From positions 1-12,242 of the forward strand of contig JAYGCN010000236.1 of assembly GCA_046583315.1 (NCBI GenBank): DNA of 12,242 nucleotides, given 5' to 3'. Source of the DNA: Candidatus Hydrogenedentota bacterium (GTDB lineage Bacteria; Hydrogenedentota; Hydrogenedentia; Hydrogenedentales; GCA-2746185). Under the pieces are notes generated by a model. The model worked only from the letters and a program-made list of their open reading frames with translations, made no database searches and was not told where the DNA came from. This document shows positions 1-7,487 of this stretch, in pieces. The translations under genes were made by a program, and so were the position numbers. Within the stretch, counting starts at the first letter, position 1. Each line of letters begins with the position of its first letter.

Positions 1-168
1 TGTAATATTCGACTCATCCGCATGCGCCTCAGCAAGTCCCGTGTCCGGCAAACCCACCGCAACCACCCGCGCCCCCTCATCCGCAAACAACTGCGCAGCA
101 GCGCACCCAATCCCCGTAGCCGCACCCGTCACCACCGCCACCCGCCCATCCAACCGATTCAAACTCAT
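1..168 (-). CDS. SDR family NAD(P)-dependent oxidoreductase, N-terminal 56 codons (runs off the left edge)
   Basis: Not in the ORF track; translated by hand from ATG at 168: MSLNRLDGRVAVVTGAATGIGCAAAQLFADEGARVVAVGLPDTG... This contains the classical SDR TGxxxGIG Rossmann motif. RBS GGAGG at 175-179, 6 nt upstream. Confidence 0.93.
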   Translation of the reverse strand, partial: MSLNRLDGRVAVVTGAATGIGCAAAQLFADEGARVVAVGLPDTGLAEAHADESNIT

Positions 169-207
169 TATCAACCTCCATCCATTAAAAAATTATCGTC
201 TGTGACC

Positions 208-657
208 TTAGCACACCATGCGTTCGGCGACCTCGACCTGCGTGTGACCTTCCGAATAATGAGCGACAATTACCGCACGGCAGGCATCCGGCAAGGCGTT
301 CAGTTCAGCATCCAATATTTCATTGATGTCATCCCAGGCAGCAACTTCATGCCCGGGTCGGCCTTCCATATATTTCGTCTCACGCGTGGCACGCCGAATA
401 GCGGAACGCTGCTCATTAATAGCCGTCGTCGCCACCCGATGCAGCCATGGCCCCAGAGAATCTCTTCCCTTGGGCCGTGATCGTGTCAGCTTGAGAAAAC
501 ATTCCTGCACGAGATCCTCGGCCTTGCTGCTGTCCCGTACTATGCGCAAACAGACGCCATAGACCATGCCCTGATACCGCGCGACCAACTCCATAAAGGC
601 CTGGTTATGGCCCGCGGTTTCCCAACGATCCAATAGACTTCCATCCAATTCATTCAT
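208..657 (-). pseudogene. ECF-type RNA polymerase sigma-70 factor, truncated within the region 4 helix-turn-helix (probable pseudogene)
   Basis: Region 2 motifs AFMELVARYQGMVYGVCLRIV, AEDLVQECFLKL and WLHRVA; region 4 start LNALPDACRAVIVAHYSEGHTQVEVAERM. TAA follows immediately, before the recognition helix (normally LGxSxGTVKSRLxRAR). RBS GGAG upstream of the ATG. Confidence 0.8.
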
Positions 658-728
658 GCTTATTCTCCGCTTCGATGTCTGTAATCTAGTAGCATTACGT
701 CACGAAGCATGAAAGTGACGAAACAAAT

Positions 729-2468
729 CTATTTTTCCGGCAGTGCAAACACGATAATCGCGTCAGCTTGCGGAGCATCGTCCCTCGAACGGCGTGTGTA
801 ACGACTTCCTCCGGCGGCTACCGCAATGAATTGACGACCGTTAATCTGATACGTCATCGGCGCGGCATTGGCACCAGCATCCGTCTTGTATTGCCAGAGG
901 TGCTCACCCGTTTCCGCATCCCACGCGTCAAAACTGTTATCGCTTTGACCCGCGAAGACGAGTCCACCTGCAGTTGTGATGAGTCCGCTAAACATCGGTT
1001 TCTCGGTACGTGTTTCCCACACCACCTTACCCGTCACCGGATTGAGCGCGGTGACCACACCCCACGTTTCCAGGTTCTGCGTGTTCGCAAACGACGCGTT
1101 GCCGCCTTGATACATCACACCTTCCTTGTATTCCTGCGGAGCCTGCGTCATCACCATCGGCCAATGCATATTCGTCGCGTACACCCATTTCGTGAGCGGA
1201 TTGTACGACGCAGGGGACCAATTCGTACCGCCAGCACTCCCGGGAGCAATCGTCACGCCTTCAGGATTCGGCACGACAAACAAGTTCTCATGCGGTACAT
1301 AGTTTTCCGAAGCCTTCAAGAGTTCGCCTGTTTTGCGATCAAGCAAATAGAATATTCCGAGTTTCGTAAACAGACCGACGACTTTTCGCTGTTCCCCTTC
1401 GAATTCAATGTCGAAAAGCAGCGGCGGACATCCCCCGTCATAATCCCACACATCGTGCGGCACATACTGAAATCCCCACTCAAGTTCACCGGTGTCCATA
1501 TTCACCGCGCACAGGGAATCGCCCCAAAGGTTGTCGCCCGGCCGGGCATCGGTGTCGTAGTCAGGTCCGGGATTCCCAGTCGTCACATAAACCAGTCGTA
1601 ATTCAGGATCGAGGGACGGTGTCGTCCAAATCGGCACTCCTCCATGCTCCCACGCGTCCGGATGGTTGGCGAGTTCCGCTTTCTCCTTTTCAATGTCGCG
1701 ATTGAGACTGATACCGAGTCCCGGCGCTTCTTCAACCCAGTCCCCTTCCCAGCCACCTTCTTCCGGAGAAGGAATCGTATGCCACGTCCACAGTTCTTTG
1801 CCCGTGTCCGCATCGAAGGCTTTCAGGAATCCGCGAATGCCGTACTCTCCGCCAGCTGCGCCGATGAATAGTTTCCCATCGTAGGCGGCGGGTGGAGAAG
1901 TTTCGCTATACCCCATTTCTGGATCAGCGATTTGTGTCTCCCAGATGATCGAGCCATCTTCCGGATCCATCGCAATCATGCGCGCATCCAAGGTGGCCAA
2001 AATCACTTTATCTTCGTAGAGAGCGACCCCGCGATTATTCGGTCCGCAACAATACCGCGCCGTACCGATGCGTACCGGAGTCCGCCAATATTCCTTGCCC
2101 GTTTCGGCATCATACTTAATCACCCATTGCTCACGACCGACCCGCGGCGTAGTCACATACATGTCGCCACCGAACACGATCGGGGTCGTCTGGTACCCCG
2201 AGGCGATGTTATAGATGTCGGTATGTGCGATCCAGGCGGGTTCCAAATCCTTCACGTTGTCCCGGTTGATTTGATCCAAGTCACTGAATCGCTGCTGATC
2301 ATAACTACCACCGTACATCGGCCAGGATTCCGGATCGCCCCGGTGTCCCTTCAACAGATCCTCATCCATGATTGGACTGGAAGAGCCGTTCCCCTGCGCG
2401 TCAGATATCGGCGCAGAACATGCCGCAATGAGAAGCCCAACAATGAGCAGTGGCCAATTGATTTTCAT
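729..2468 (-). CDS. PQQ-dependent dehydrogenase, methanol/ethanol (type I ADH) family; predicted lipoprotein, probably lanthanide-dependent
   Basis: N-terminal WPMYGG..QRFSDLDQINRDNVKDLEPAW; vicinal Cys C140-C141 (RYCCGPNNRGVA); metal ligands E208 (GGEYGIRG), N299 (TGNPGP) and W341-D342-Y343-D344; repeated AxDxxTGxxxW tryptophan-docking motifs; C-terminal PMTYQINGRQFIAVAAGG. Lipobox IAAC at C17. RBS GGAG at 2474-2477. Confidence 0.95.
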   Translation of the reverse strand: MKINWPLLIVGLLIAACSAPISDAQGNGSSSPIMDEDLLKGHRGDPESWPMYGGSYDQQRFSDLDQINRDNVKDLEPAWIAHTDIYNIASGYQTTPIVFGGDMYVTTPRVGREQWVIKYDAETGKEYWRTPVRIGTARYCCGPNNRGVALYEDKVILATLDARMIAMDPEDGSIIWETQIADPEMGYSETSPPAAYDGKLFIGAAGGEYGIRGFLKAFDADTGKELWTWHTIPSPEEGGWEGDWVEEAPGLGISLNRDIEKEKAELANHPDAWEHGGVPIWTTPSLDPELRLVYVTTGNPGPDYDTDARPGDNLWGDSLCAVNMDTGELEWGFQYVPHDVWDYDGGCPPLLFDIEFEGEQRKVVGLFTKLGIFYLLDRKTGELLKASENYVPHENLFVVPNPEGVTIAPGSAGGTNWSPASYNPLTKWVYATNMHWPMVMTQAPQEYKEGVMYQGGNASFANTQNLETWGVVTALNPVTGKVVWETRTEKPMFSGLITTAGGLVFAGQSDNSFDAWDAETGEHLWQYKTDAGANAAPMTYQINGRQFIAVAAGGSRYTRRSRDDAPQADAIIVFALPEK

Positions 2469-2479
2469 TTATGCTCCAA

Positions 2480-2854
2480 TCACTCTGCTTTATCTTCGAT
2501 TTTCAGTTCACTCTCAGACAACGCATCCAGTGTCAGCTTCACATTGCGTTGATTCGCTTTGAAGAATGCGTCGAACACATCCCCCGCCACCGGTACCGAT
2601 CCAATCAGTCCGTCCGAAGCAACATTCCCCAGCATACGTACGATCGTGGATTTCGGAATGCCCAGTTGCGCCGCACGAGCGACCACATAAAGTGAAATCA
2701 CGACGCCAATCAGGTCCCCGCCTCCCGGAATCAATCCGATCACCGCGTCAATTCCAAATTTGAACTTGGTACCCGGAATCCCGATAGATGCGTCCATCAG
2801 ACGGCTAAGATGCTCTAGTTGGCGAATAATCGATTTCCGTTTTTCAGCGTCCAT
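2480..2854 (-). CDS. DUF4112 domain-containing small membrane protein
   Basis: Family signature recognised from memory: LSRLMDASIGIPGTKFKFGIDAVIGLIPGGGD...RMLGNVASDGLIGSVPVAGDVFDAFFKANQRN. GGAG RBS upstream; ends 11 bp before the PQQ dehydrogenase start. Confidence 0.92.
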   Translation of the reverse strand: MDAEKRKSIIRQLEHLSRLMDASIGIPGTKFKFGIDAVIGLIPGGGDLIGVVISLYVVARAAQLGIPKSTIVRMLGNVASDGLIGSVPVAGDVFDAFFKANQRNVKLTLDALSESELKIEDKAE

Positions 2855-2885
2855 AGCTACTCCAGCCTATCAACCATCAGGACGC

Positions 2886-2944
2886 CAATCAATGTACCCG
2901 TGAGCGGTTGTCCTGCTCACTTGCTTCGGGGTACACTGTGATTG
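2886..2944. repeat. Nested three-stem inverted repeat in the divergent intergenic region
   Basis: CAATCA(2886-2891)/TGATTG(2939-2944), TGTACCC(2893-2899)/GGGTACA(2929-2935) and GTGAGC(2900-2905)/GCTCAC(2915-2920) are each perfect complements and are nested. Confidence 0.7.
2908..2937 (+). promoter_or_regulatory. Putative sigma70-type promoter for the membrane protein gene (TTGTCC-N18-TACACT)
   Basis: -35-like TTGTCC at 2908-2913 and -10-like TACACT at 2932-2937, about 30 bp upstream of the GTG start at 2967. Motif match only. Confidence 0.4.
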
Positions 2945-2966
2945 TTGAAATCAGCAAGGAGTTTCC

Positions 2967-4415
2967 GTGACCGAACCCAGTGACGGTGAATCGACGGCGA
3001 GTGTGTCCTGGTGGAAACCCGTGCTGTTCGCGGCAATGGCCGGCGGCATGGGCTGGGGCATACGCGGGCAATACGGTCACGAAACAGGTGCCATGAACGC
3101 CGGACTACTCATCAGCCTTACGCTGGCCTACTTGCTGTGTCCACGCATGGCTACCCTGCCTTTGGTACGGGCCATCGCACTCGGAACCGTTGCCATGGGT
3201 ATCGGCGGCTCGATGACCTACGGTCAGACGCTAGGACTCAGTCATGATCCCGACATGATCGGAAGCTGGGAGGCGTTTCGTTGGGGAATGCTCGGTTGCG
3301 CGATCAAAGGGGCCATCTGGATTGGATTCTGCGGCGCCTTTCTCGGCATGGGACTCAGCGGGCATCAACACAAAAGTCGCGATATTTTCGCGCTCATGCT
3401 CGCCGCACTGGGCCTGTTCTTCATTGGTACACGACTTCTCAATTACCCATTCAATCCAGCCGAGCGGGAACTGCCATGGCTTTACTTCTCCGGCGATTGG
3501 CATTGGCAACCCGACAAACTGGACTTGAGACCACGACGCGAAGTCTGGGGCGGACTGCTGTTTGCCTGGGCAACGGTCGTCGCGTATTGCATCTGGTGGG
3601 CCAAAGACAAACTCGGACGCAACATGGCACTGTGGGGGTTCCTCGGCGGCGCACTGGGTTTCCCGATCGGACAGTCCATTCAATCCTATCGCGCGTGGAA
3701 TCCCGAAACCTTCACACGCGGAATCTGGGAAAATCTCGGCCAATACATGAACTGGTGGAACATGATGGAGACCACCTTCGGCACAATTGCGGGAGCAACA
3801 CTCGGACTCGGACTCTGGCTCAACCGCGAAAAAATCGACGCAATGCTCAAGGGTGAAACGAAACCATCCATTCCCATACCCCTTGAGATGATTTTGCTGG
3901 CGGCACACGTCACGCTGCTGTTCTACGTCGAATTTCGATCAGTCCGACAAATCGATATCGTCTACGATCTCGGCCTCATCATGGTCATTATCCCCTTCAT
4001 CGTCATCGTCGGCGGACGACTATCCCCCTACCTGATGATCTTCCCCATCACATTGATGCCCATCGCAGGCAAAACCATCCGACAACTCGTGTACCGCGAG
4101 GAATCCGTTGGTCTTGCGACAGGCTGGGCACTCTACTTCATCATCCCCATGCTCATTTCGCTCGGCATCGCAATCTACTTTTATCTGCGCCATCAATCGC
4201 GAAACGAAGACGGAATCTTCACCGGCGTATCGCTTGTCGTCACCGCTTGGACCTTCTTCCTGCTCAATTACGCCTTTTTCCACTACCCCTGGCCCTGGTC
4301 AGAATGGACCGGGCGCACTCCAAGTGGAATCATTTTCACCGTGTGCATTCTGAGCCTAACGGGCTTGGTCGTATTGACCCAGCGCAAACGAACAACTGAA
4401 TCTACTTCAGGGTAG
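2967..4415 (+). CDS. Uncharacterised polytopic integral membrane protein (482 aa, roughly 12-13 TM segments by eye)
   Basis: GTG start with RBS AAGGAG at 2956-2961. Many long hydrophobic Gly/Trp-rich segments; N-terminal motif GGMGWGIRGQYGHETGAM. I cannot assign a family. Confidence 0.88.
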   Translation: MTEPSDGESTASVSWWKPVLFAAMAGGMGWGIRGQYGHETGAMNAGLLISLTLAYLLCPRMATLPLVRAIALGTVAMGIGGSMTYGQTLGLSHDPDMIGSWEAFRWGMLGCAIKGAIWIGFCGAFLGMGLSGHQHKSRDIFALMLAALGLFFIGTRLLNYPFNPAERELPWLYFSGDWHWQPDKLDLRPRREVWGGLLFAWATVVAYCIWWAKDKLGRNMALWGFLGGALGFPIGQSIQSYRAWNPETFTRGIWENLGQYMNWWNMMETTFGTIAGATLGLGLWLNREKIDAMLKGETKPSIPIPLEMILLAAHVTLLFYVEFRSVRQIDIVYDLGLIMVIIPFIVIVGGRLSPYLMIFPITLMPIAGKTIRQLVYREESVGLATGWALYFIIPMLISLGIAIYFYLRHQSRNEDGIFTGVSLVVTAWTFFLLNYAFFHYPWPWSEWTGRTPSGIIFTVCILSLTGLVVLTQRKRTTESTSG

Positions 4416-7400
4416 TCAGATACGCGACAAGGTCGACTAACTCCTGAACGCTGATCGCTGTCGAAAGCCCTGAAGGCATCACGGAGATCGTACTTGACTC
4501 GCGAGCCGTCACATCCGACACTGAAATCCGTCGAATGACTCCGTTGCTATCAACCAGTTGAAGTACCCCGCCCTCTTCAGAGCGAATGTAGCCCAGCAAT
4601 CCTTCTTCTTCCTTGGTATCCACGATCCACGCCTGATACTCGTGCGAAATTGCCGCGTTCGGATCGAGAATCGACTCGAACAAGGCCAGTCGACTCAGCT
4701 TTTCCCCGATTTTTCCAAGATTCGGCCCCACATCTGGTCCACTATCATCCACCGCATGGCACCGCGAACAGGTCGCTCGTTCTTCATCAAGGAAAATGTT
4801 TCGCCCCCGCGCTGGATCACCCTGTCTATTCGCCAGCTCACGTAATGAAGGCAGCGATTCACCGCCACCCGCCATCTCGCGAGGCAACACGGATTCGGCT
4901 TCGCTACGCACGTCTTCGAATTGGCTGGCATGCAAGGTCTCACTCAAACGAAACAAAACATCGTCCGGTATGTCCTCGTCCTCAGCGAGGGCCAGCAAGG
5001 CATTCGCCCCCTGTTTGCTCTGAGCAAGCGGGCGCAATGCTGCCAATCGGGAGGCACGGGGCTTGTCCTGATCGGAAAAATAGTCCAATAACACCGCACG
5101 CGTTTCTTCCCCACGAAGGCGCGATATCACCGCAATCGTCTCGGTCTTAATTTCGTCGCTTGTATCATCGAGCAAAGGCTTCAATGAAGCGAGCCACGTT
5201 GGAAAGGTGTCGAACTTCGTGTCACCGATGATCGATTGCAAGGTTCTAAGATGATCAATTCTGGAAGTCTCGCTCAACTCCCGCAAGGTGAGTGAATCCA
5301 AAATCGTTTGCGTCGAACCCACCCGATGGGAGGATCGCACGAACGACAAAACACCTGAGTTGTCTGCCTGTTCACGTAACGCTACATCAAGGTGCTCGTC
5401 GAAATTGTTTGCATCCATTGCACTACGCCACACATCCCCCCCGCTACGACCGAGCAAATGAAAGGCCAACGGCTGCAAGGCAGAATCCCGATCATTAATC
5501 GCTGTGTCGATAATATAGTTGCCCGCTTCCGGCGTACCGATGGCATCAATCGCCCGCAACGCGCTTTCTCTATCCGAGATGGAGAGGTCCGCGTTCGCCG
5601 CAGCCTTTTGCGCTCTGTCAAACGCTTGCTCATGATGATATTGCAAGGTCAGACCCGCTACCTTTGAATTCCAGGTATCCTCGCCCACGGAAAAGTCGAG
5701 TCGCTCCAGCAACGGAATCTCATGCCCCTGCCCAGCGATACCCAAAGCCTCCCTGTAAAATCGGTCTTTGCCGTCGTATTGCAGCTGTAATTTCGCCAGA
5801 CGCGACACCGAAGGGTGCGGATAGATCTGGACCGTCATATACGGCTGTCCCGATCGGGCAGGAAATCCCGTTTCAAGAATCAATTGACGACGAACCGCCA
5901 CGGAAGGGTCATTCACAACATCGTCGAGGTGCTTGTTGAGGTTCGGCGCAAAACGCGCGATCCCGCGCACCGCCATCACGCGAAACTCAGGCTGTTCATC
6001 GGATAACGCATCCAGCAGAGTTGGTTTCTGAGTGCTCTTGCGCTGTGCCAGCATCCAGAACGCACGCGCGCGCTCAAGGTCGGTTCCCCCATTGAAAAGA
6101 TCCCGCAGGAGAGGCGTGGAACCCTCCCAGGACTTCAGCGCTTGAAAGGCAAGGTAGTGCCGCGCTTGATTGGGGGACATGAACACGTCACGCAAACCAT
6201 CGCGAGTCGCAAGATTGATCGGCTCGGGTGCATAAGTCCCCCCCTCTCCTTTTCGGGTCACACGATAAATCCGTCCCTGCGCGGCATCGACCATGCGATG
6301 CCCACCCACGCCGGCATCATACCAATCGGCGATAAACAACGAACCATCAGGAGCCACACAGACGTCACTCGGTCGAAACCAGGAGTCGTCCGGACTCGAT
6401 ACGATTACTTCGACTTCCGCTTCAAAACCAGCACCCTTGGGAATCGGACGATAGGATCGAACTTCCCCAGGACCTGCGTCGCAATGGATTAGCGTACGGT
6501 AGAATCGTTTCGGTAAACCCTTACCTTCATAGGCGAGCATGCCCGTCGGCGACCCAAAACCCGTCTTCAACATCGTCGGCACGGTGCCGGGCTGATCGCT
6601 ATTCCAATGCACCTCGTCCAAACGGCGATTGCCCTTCCGACGCGAATTACTTCCCTTGTTCCAATAGCCGTATTGCCCGCCTTCCATCACATAATTGATA
6701 CGCGTCTGCTCGTTACCGTCGTCATCGTTATCCGAAATGAAAACATTCCCGAAGGAATCCATCGTCGGCTCCACCGGATTGCGCATGTTCGACGCGAGCA
6801 CCTCAAGTACCTGCCCTTCTAAGTCTGTGCGCAATACCGTCGCGGCCTGAAAGGGCGCATCCTTGCCCGCCTGAATCCGTGTACCCATGCCGTCGACCAC
6901 ATCAAGCCCCTGATCCCCGTTGCTCACGTAGAGAAAACCGTCCGCGCGAAACTGGATGCCGTGGATGGCGTGATCATGATCCACACCCTTGAATCCCGTG
7001 AGCAAAATTGTCTTCTTGTCGGCCTTGCCATCCCCGTCCGTATCTTCGAGATAAAAAATATCCGGCGACTGTGTCACATACACACGATCGCCCAGAACCG
7101 CAATCGACATTGGAGCCTGCAGACTCGGATCCTGATAAAACGTCGTCGCCTTGTCGCAGCGACCGTCCCCATCCGTATCCTCCAACACGCGAATCCGGTC
7201 GCCCTTCTCATCTTCCATCTCCTGATTAAACAGACGATAGTTTGCCGCTTCCAGCACCCAGACCCGCCCCTGCGCATCGATATCCATAGATGTTGGATTA
7301 CGCAAATCCGGTTCCGCCGCGAAAAGCGTAATCTCCATGCCTTCAGCGACCGTGAGTTGCTTGAGCGTGTCTTCAGGCGCAAGTTGCGCGAAGGTCGTCA

Positions 7401-7449
7401 CTTGAATCGCAGCGAGAGCAAGCGTCACTCCCAAAACTTTACTCGCCAT
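4402..7449 (-). CDS. PVC-type heme-binding CxxCH protein (putative dehydrogenase beta-propeller + HEAT-like helical repeats + C-terminal monoheme cytochrome c)
   Basis: Signal peptide MASKVLGVTLALAAIQVTTFA; family motifs LFAAEPDLRNPTSMDIDAQGRVWV, two LEDTDGDG(R/K)xD loops, MRNP and WFRPSDVCVAPDGSLFIADWYD; HEAT-like DALSDEQPEFRVMAVR; GDPARGRNIF..CSRCH (4756-4770)..GPNL..ESILDPNAAI..SVMPSGL (distal Met). Start 7449 (GGAG at 7457-7460) preferred; 7470 is an alternative. Confidence 0.92.
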   Translation of the reverse strand: MASKVLGVTLALAAIQVTTFAQLAPEDTLKQLTVAEGMEITLFAAEPDLRNPTSMDIDAQGRVWVLEAANYRLFNQEMEDEKGDRIRVLEDTDGDGRCDKATTFYQDPSLQAPMSIAVLGDRVYVTQSPDIFYLEDTDGDGKADKKTILLTGFKGVDHDHAIHGIQFRADGFLYVSNGDQGLDVVDGMGTRIQAGKDAPFQAATVLRTDLEGQVLEVLASNMRNPVEPTMDSFGNVFISDNDDDGNEQTRINYVMEGGQYGYWNKGSNSRRKGNRRLDEVHWNSDQPGTVPTMLKTGFGSPTGMLAYEGKGLPKRFYRTLIHCDAGPGEVRSYRPIPKGAGFEAEVEVIVSSPDDSWFRPSDVCVAPDGSLFIADWYDAGVGGHRMVDAAQGRIYRVTRKGEGGTYAPEPINLATRDGLRDVFMSPNQARHYLAFQALKSWEGSTPLLRDLFNGGTDLERARAFWMLAQRKSTQKPTLLDALSDEQPEFRVMAVRGIARFAPNLNKHLDDVVNDPSVAVRRQLILETGFPARSGQPYMTVQIYPHPSVSRLAKLQLQYDGKDRFYREALGIAGQGHEIPLLERLDFSVGEDTWNSKVAGLTLQYHHEQAFDRAQKAAANADLSISDRESALRAIDAIGTPEAGNYIIDTAINDRDSALQPLAFHLLGRSGGDVWRSAMDANNFDEHLDVALREQADNSGVLSFVRSSHRVGSTQTILDSLTLRELSETSRIDHLRTLQSIIGDTKFDTFPTWLASLKPLLDDTSDEIKTETIAVISRLRGEETRAVLLDYFSDQDKPRASRLAALRPLAQSKQGANALLALAEDEDIPDDVLFRLSETLHASQFEDVRSEAESVLPREMAGGGESLPSLRELANRQGDPARGRNIFLDEERATCSRCHAVDDSGPDVGPNLGKIGEKLSRLALFESILDPNAAISHEYQAWIVDTKEEEGLLGYIRSEEGGVLQLVDSNGVIRRISVSDVTARESSTISVMPSGLSTAISVQELVDLVAYLTTLK

Positions 7450-7487
7450 TTCTTTTCTCCATTCACACATGCGTCAATCCCCCTCAA

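Noticed and set aside
181..207. T-run on the minus strand after the sigma stop as an intrinsic terminator
   Set aside because: No convincing GC-rich stem precedes it.
22..480. 152-aa plus-strand ORF and the C-rich low-complexity tract at about 50-155
   Set aside because: Antisense shadow of the SDR and sigma genes; the C-richness reflects Gly/Val/Ala codons on the minus strand, not a repeat array.
729..2468. Naming the gene xoxF, pedH or exaF
   Set aside because: The DxD motif is present but flanking motifs and gene context differ; orthology cannot be supported without a phylogeny.
768..2552. Long plus-strand ORFs 768..1601 and 1932..2552
   Set aside because: Antisense to the PQQ dehydrogenase, Arg/His-rich and without recognisable motifs; typical shadow ORFs.
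3231..3908. Overlapping ORFs 3231..3908 (minus) and 3281..3856 (plus)
   Set aside because: Fully nested in the membrane protein gene, with no motifs.
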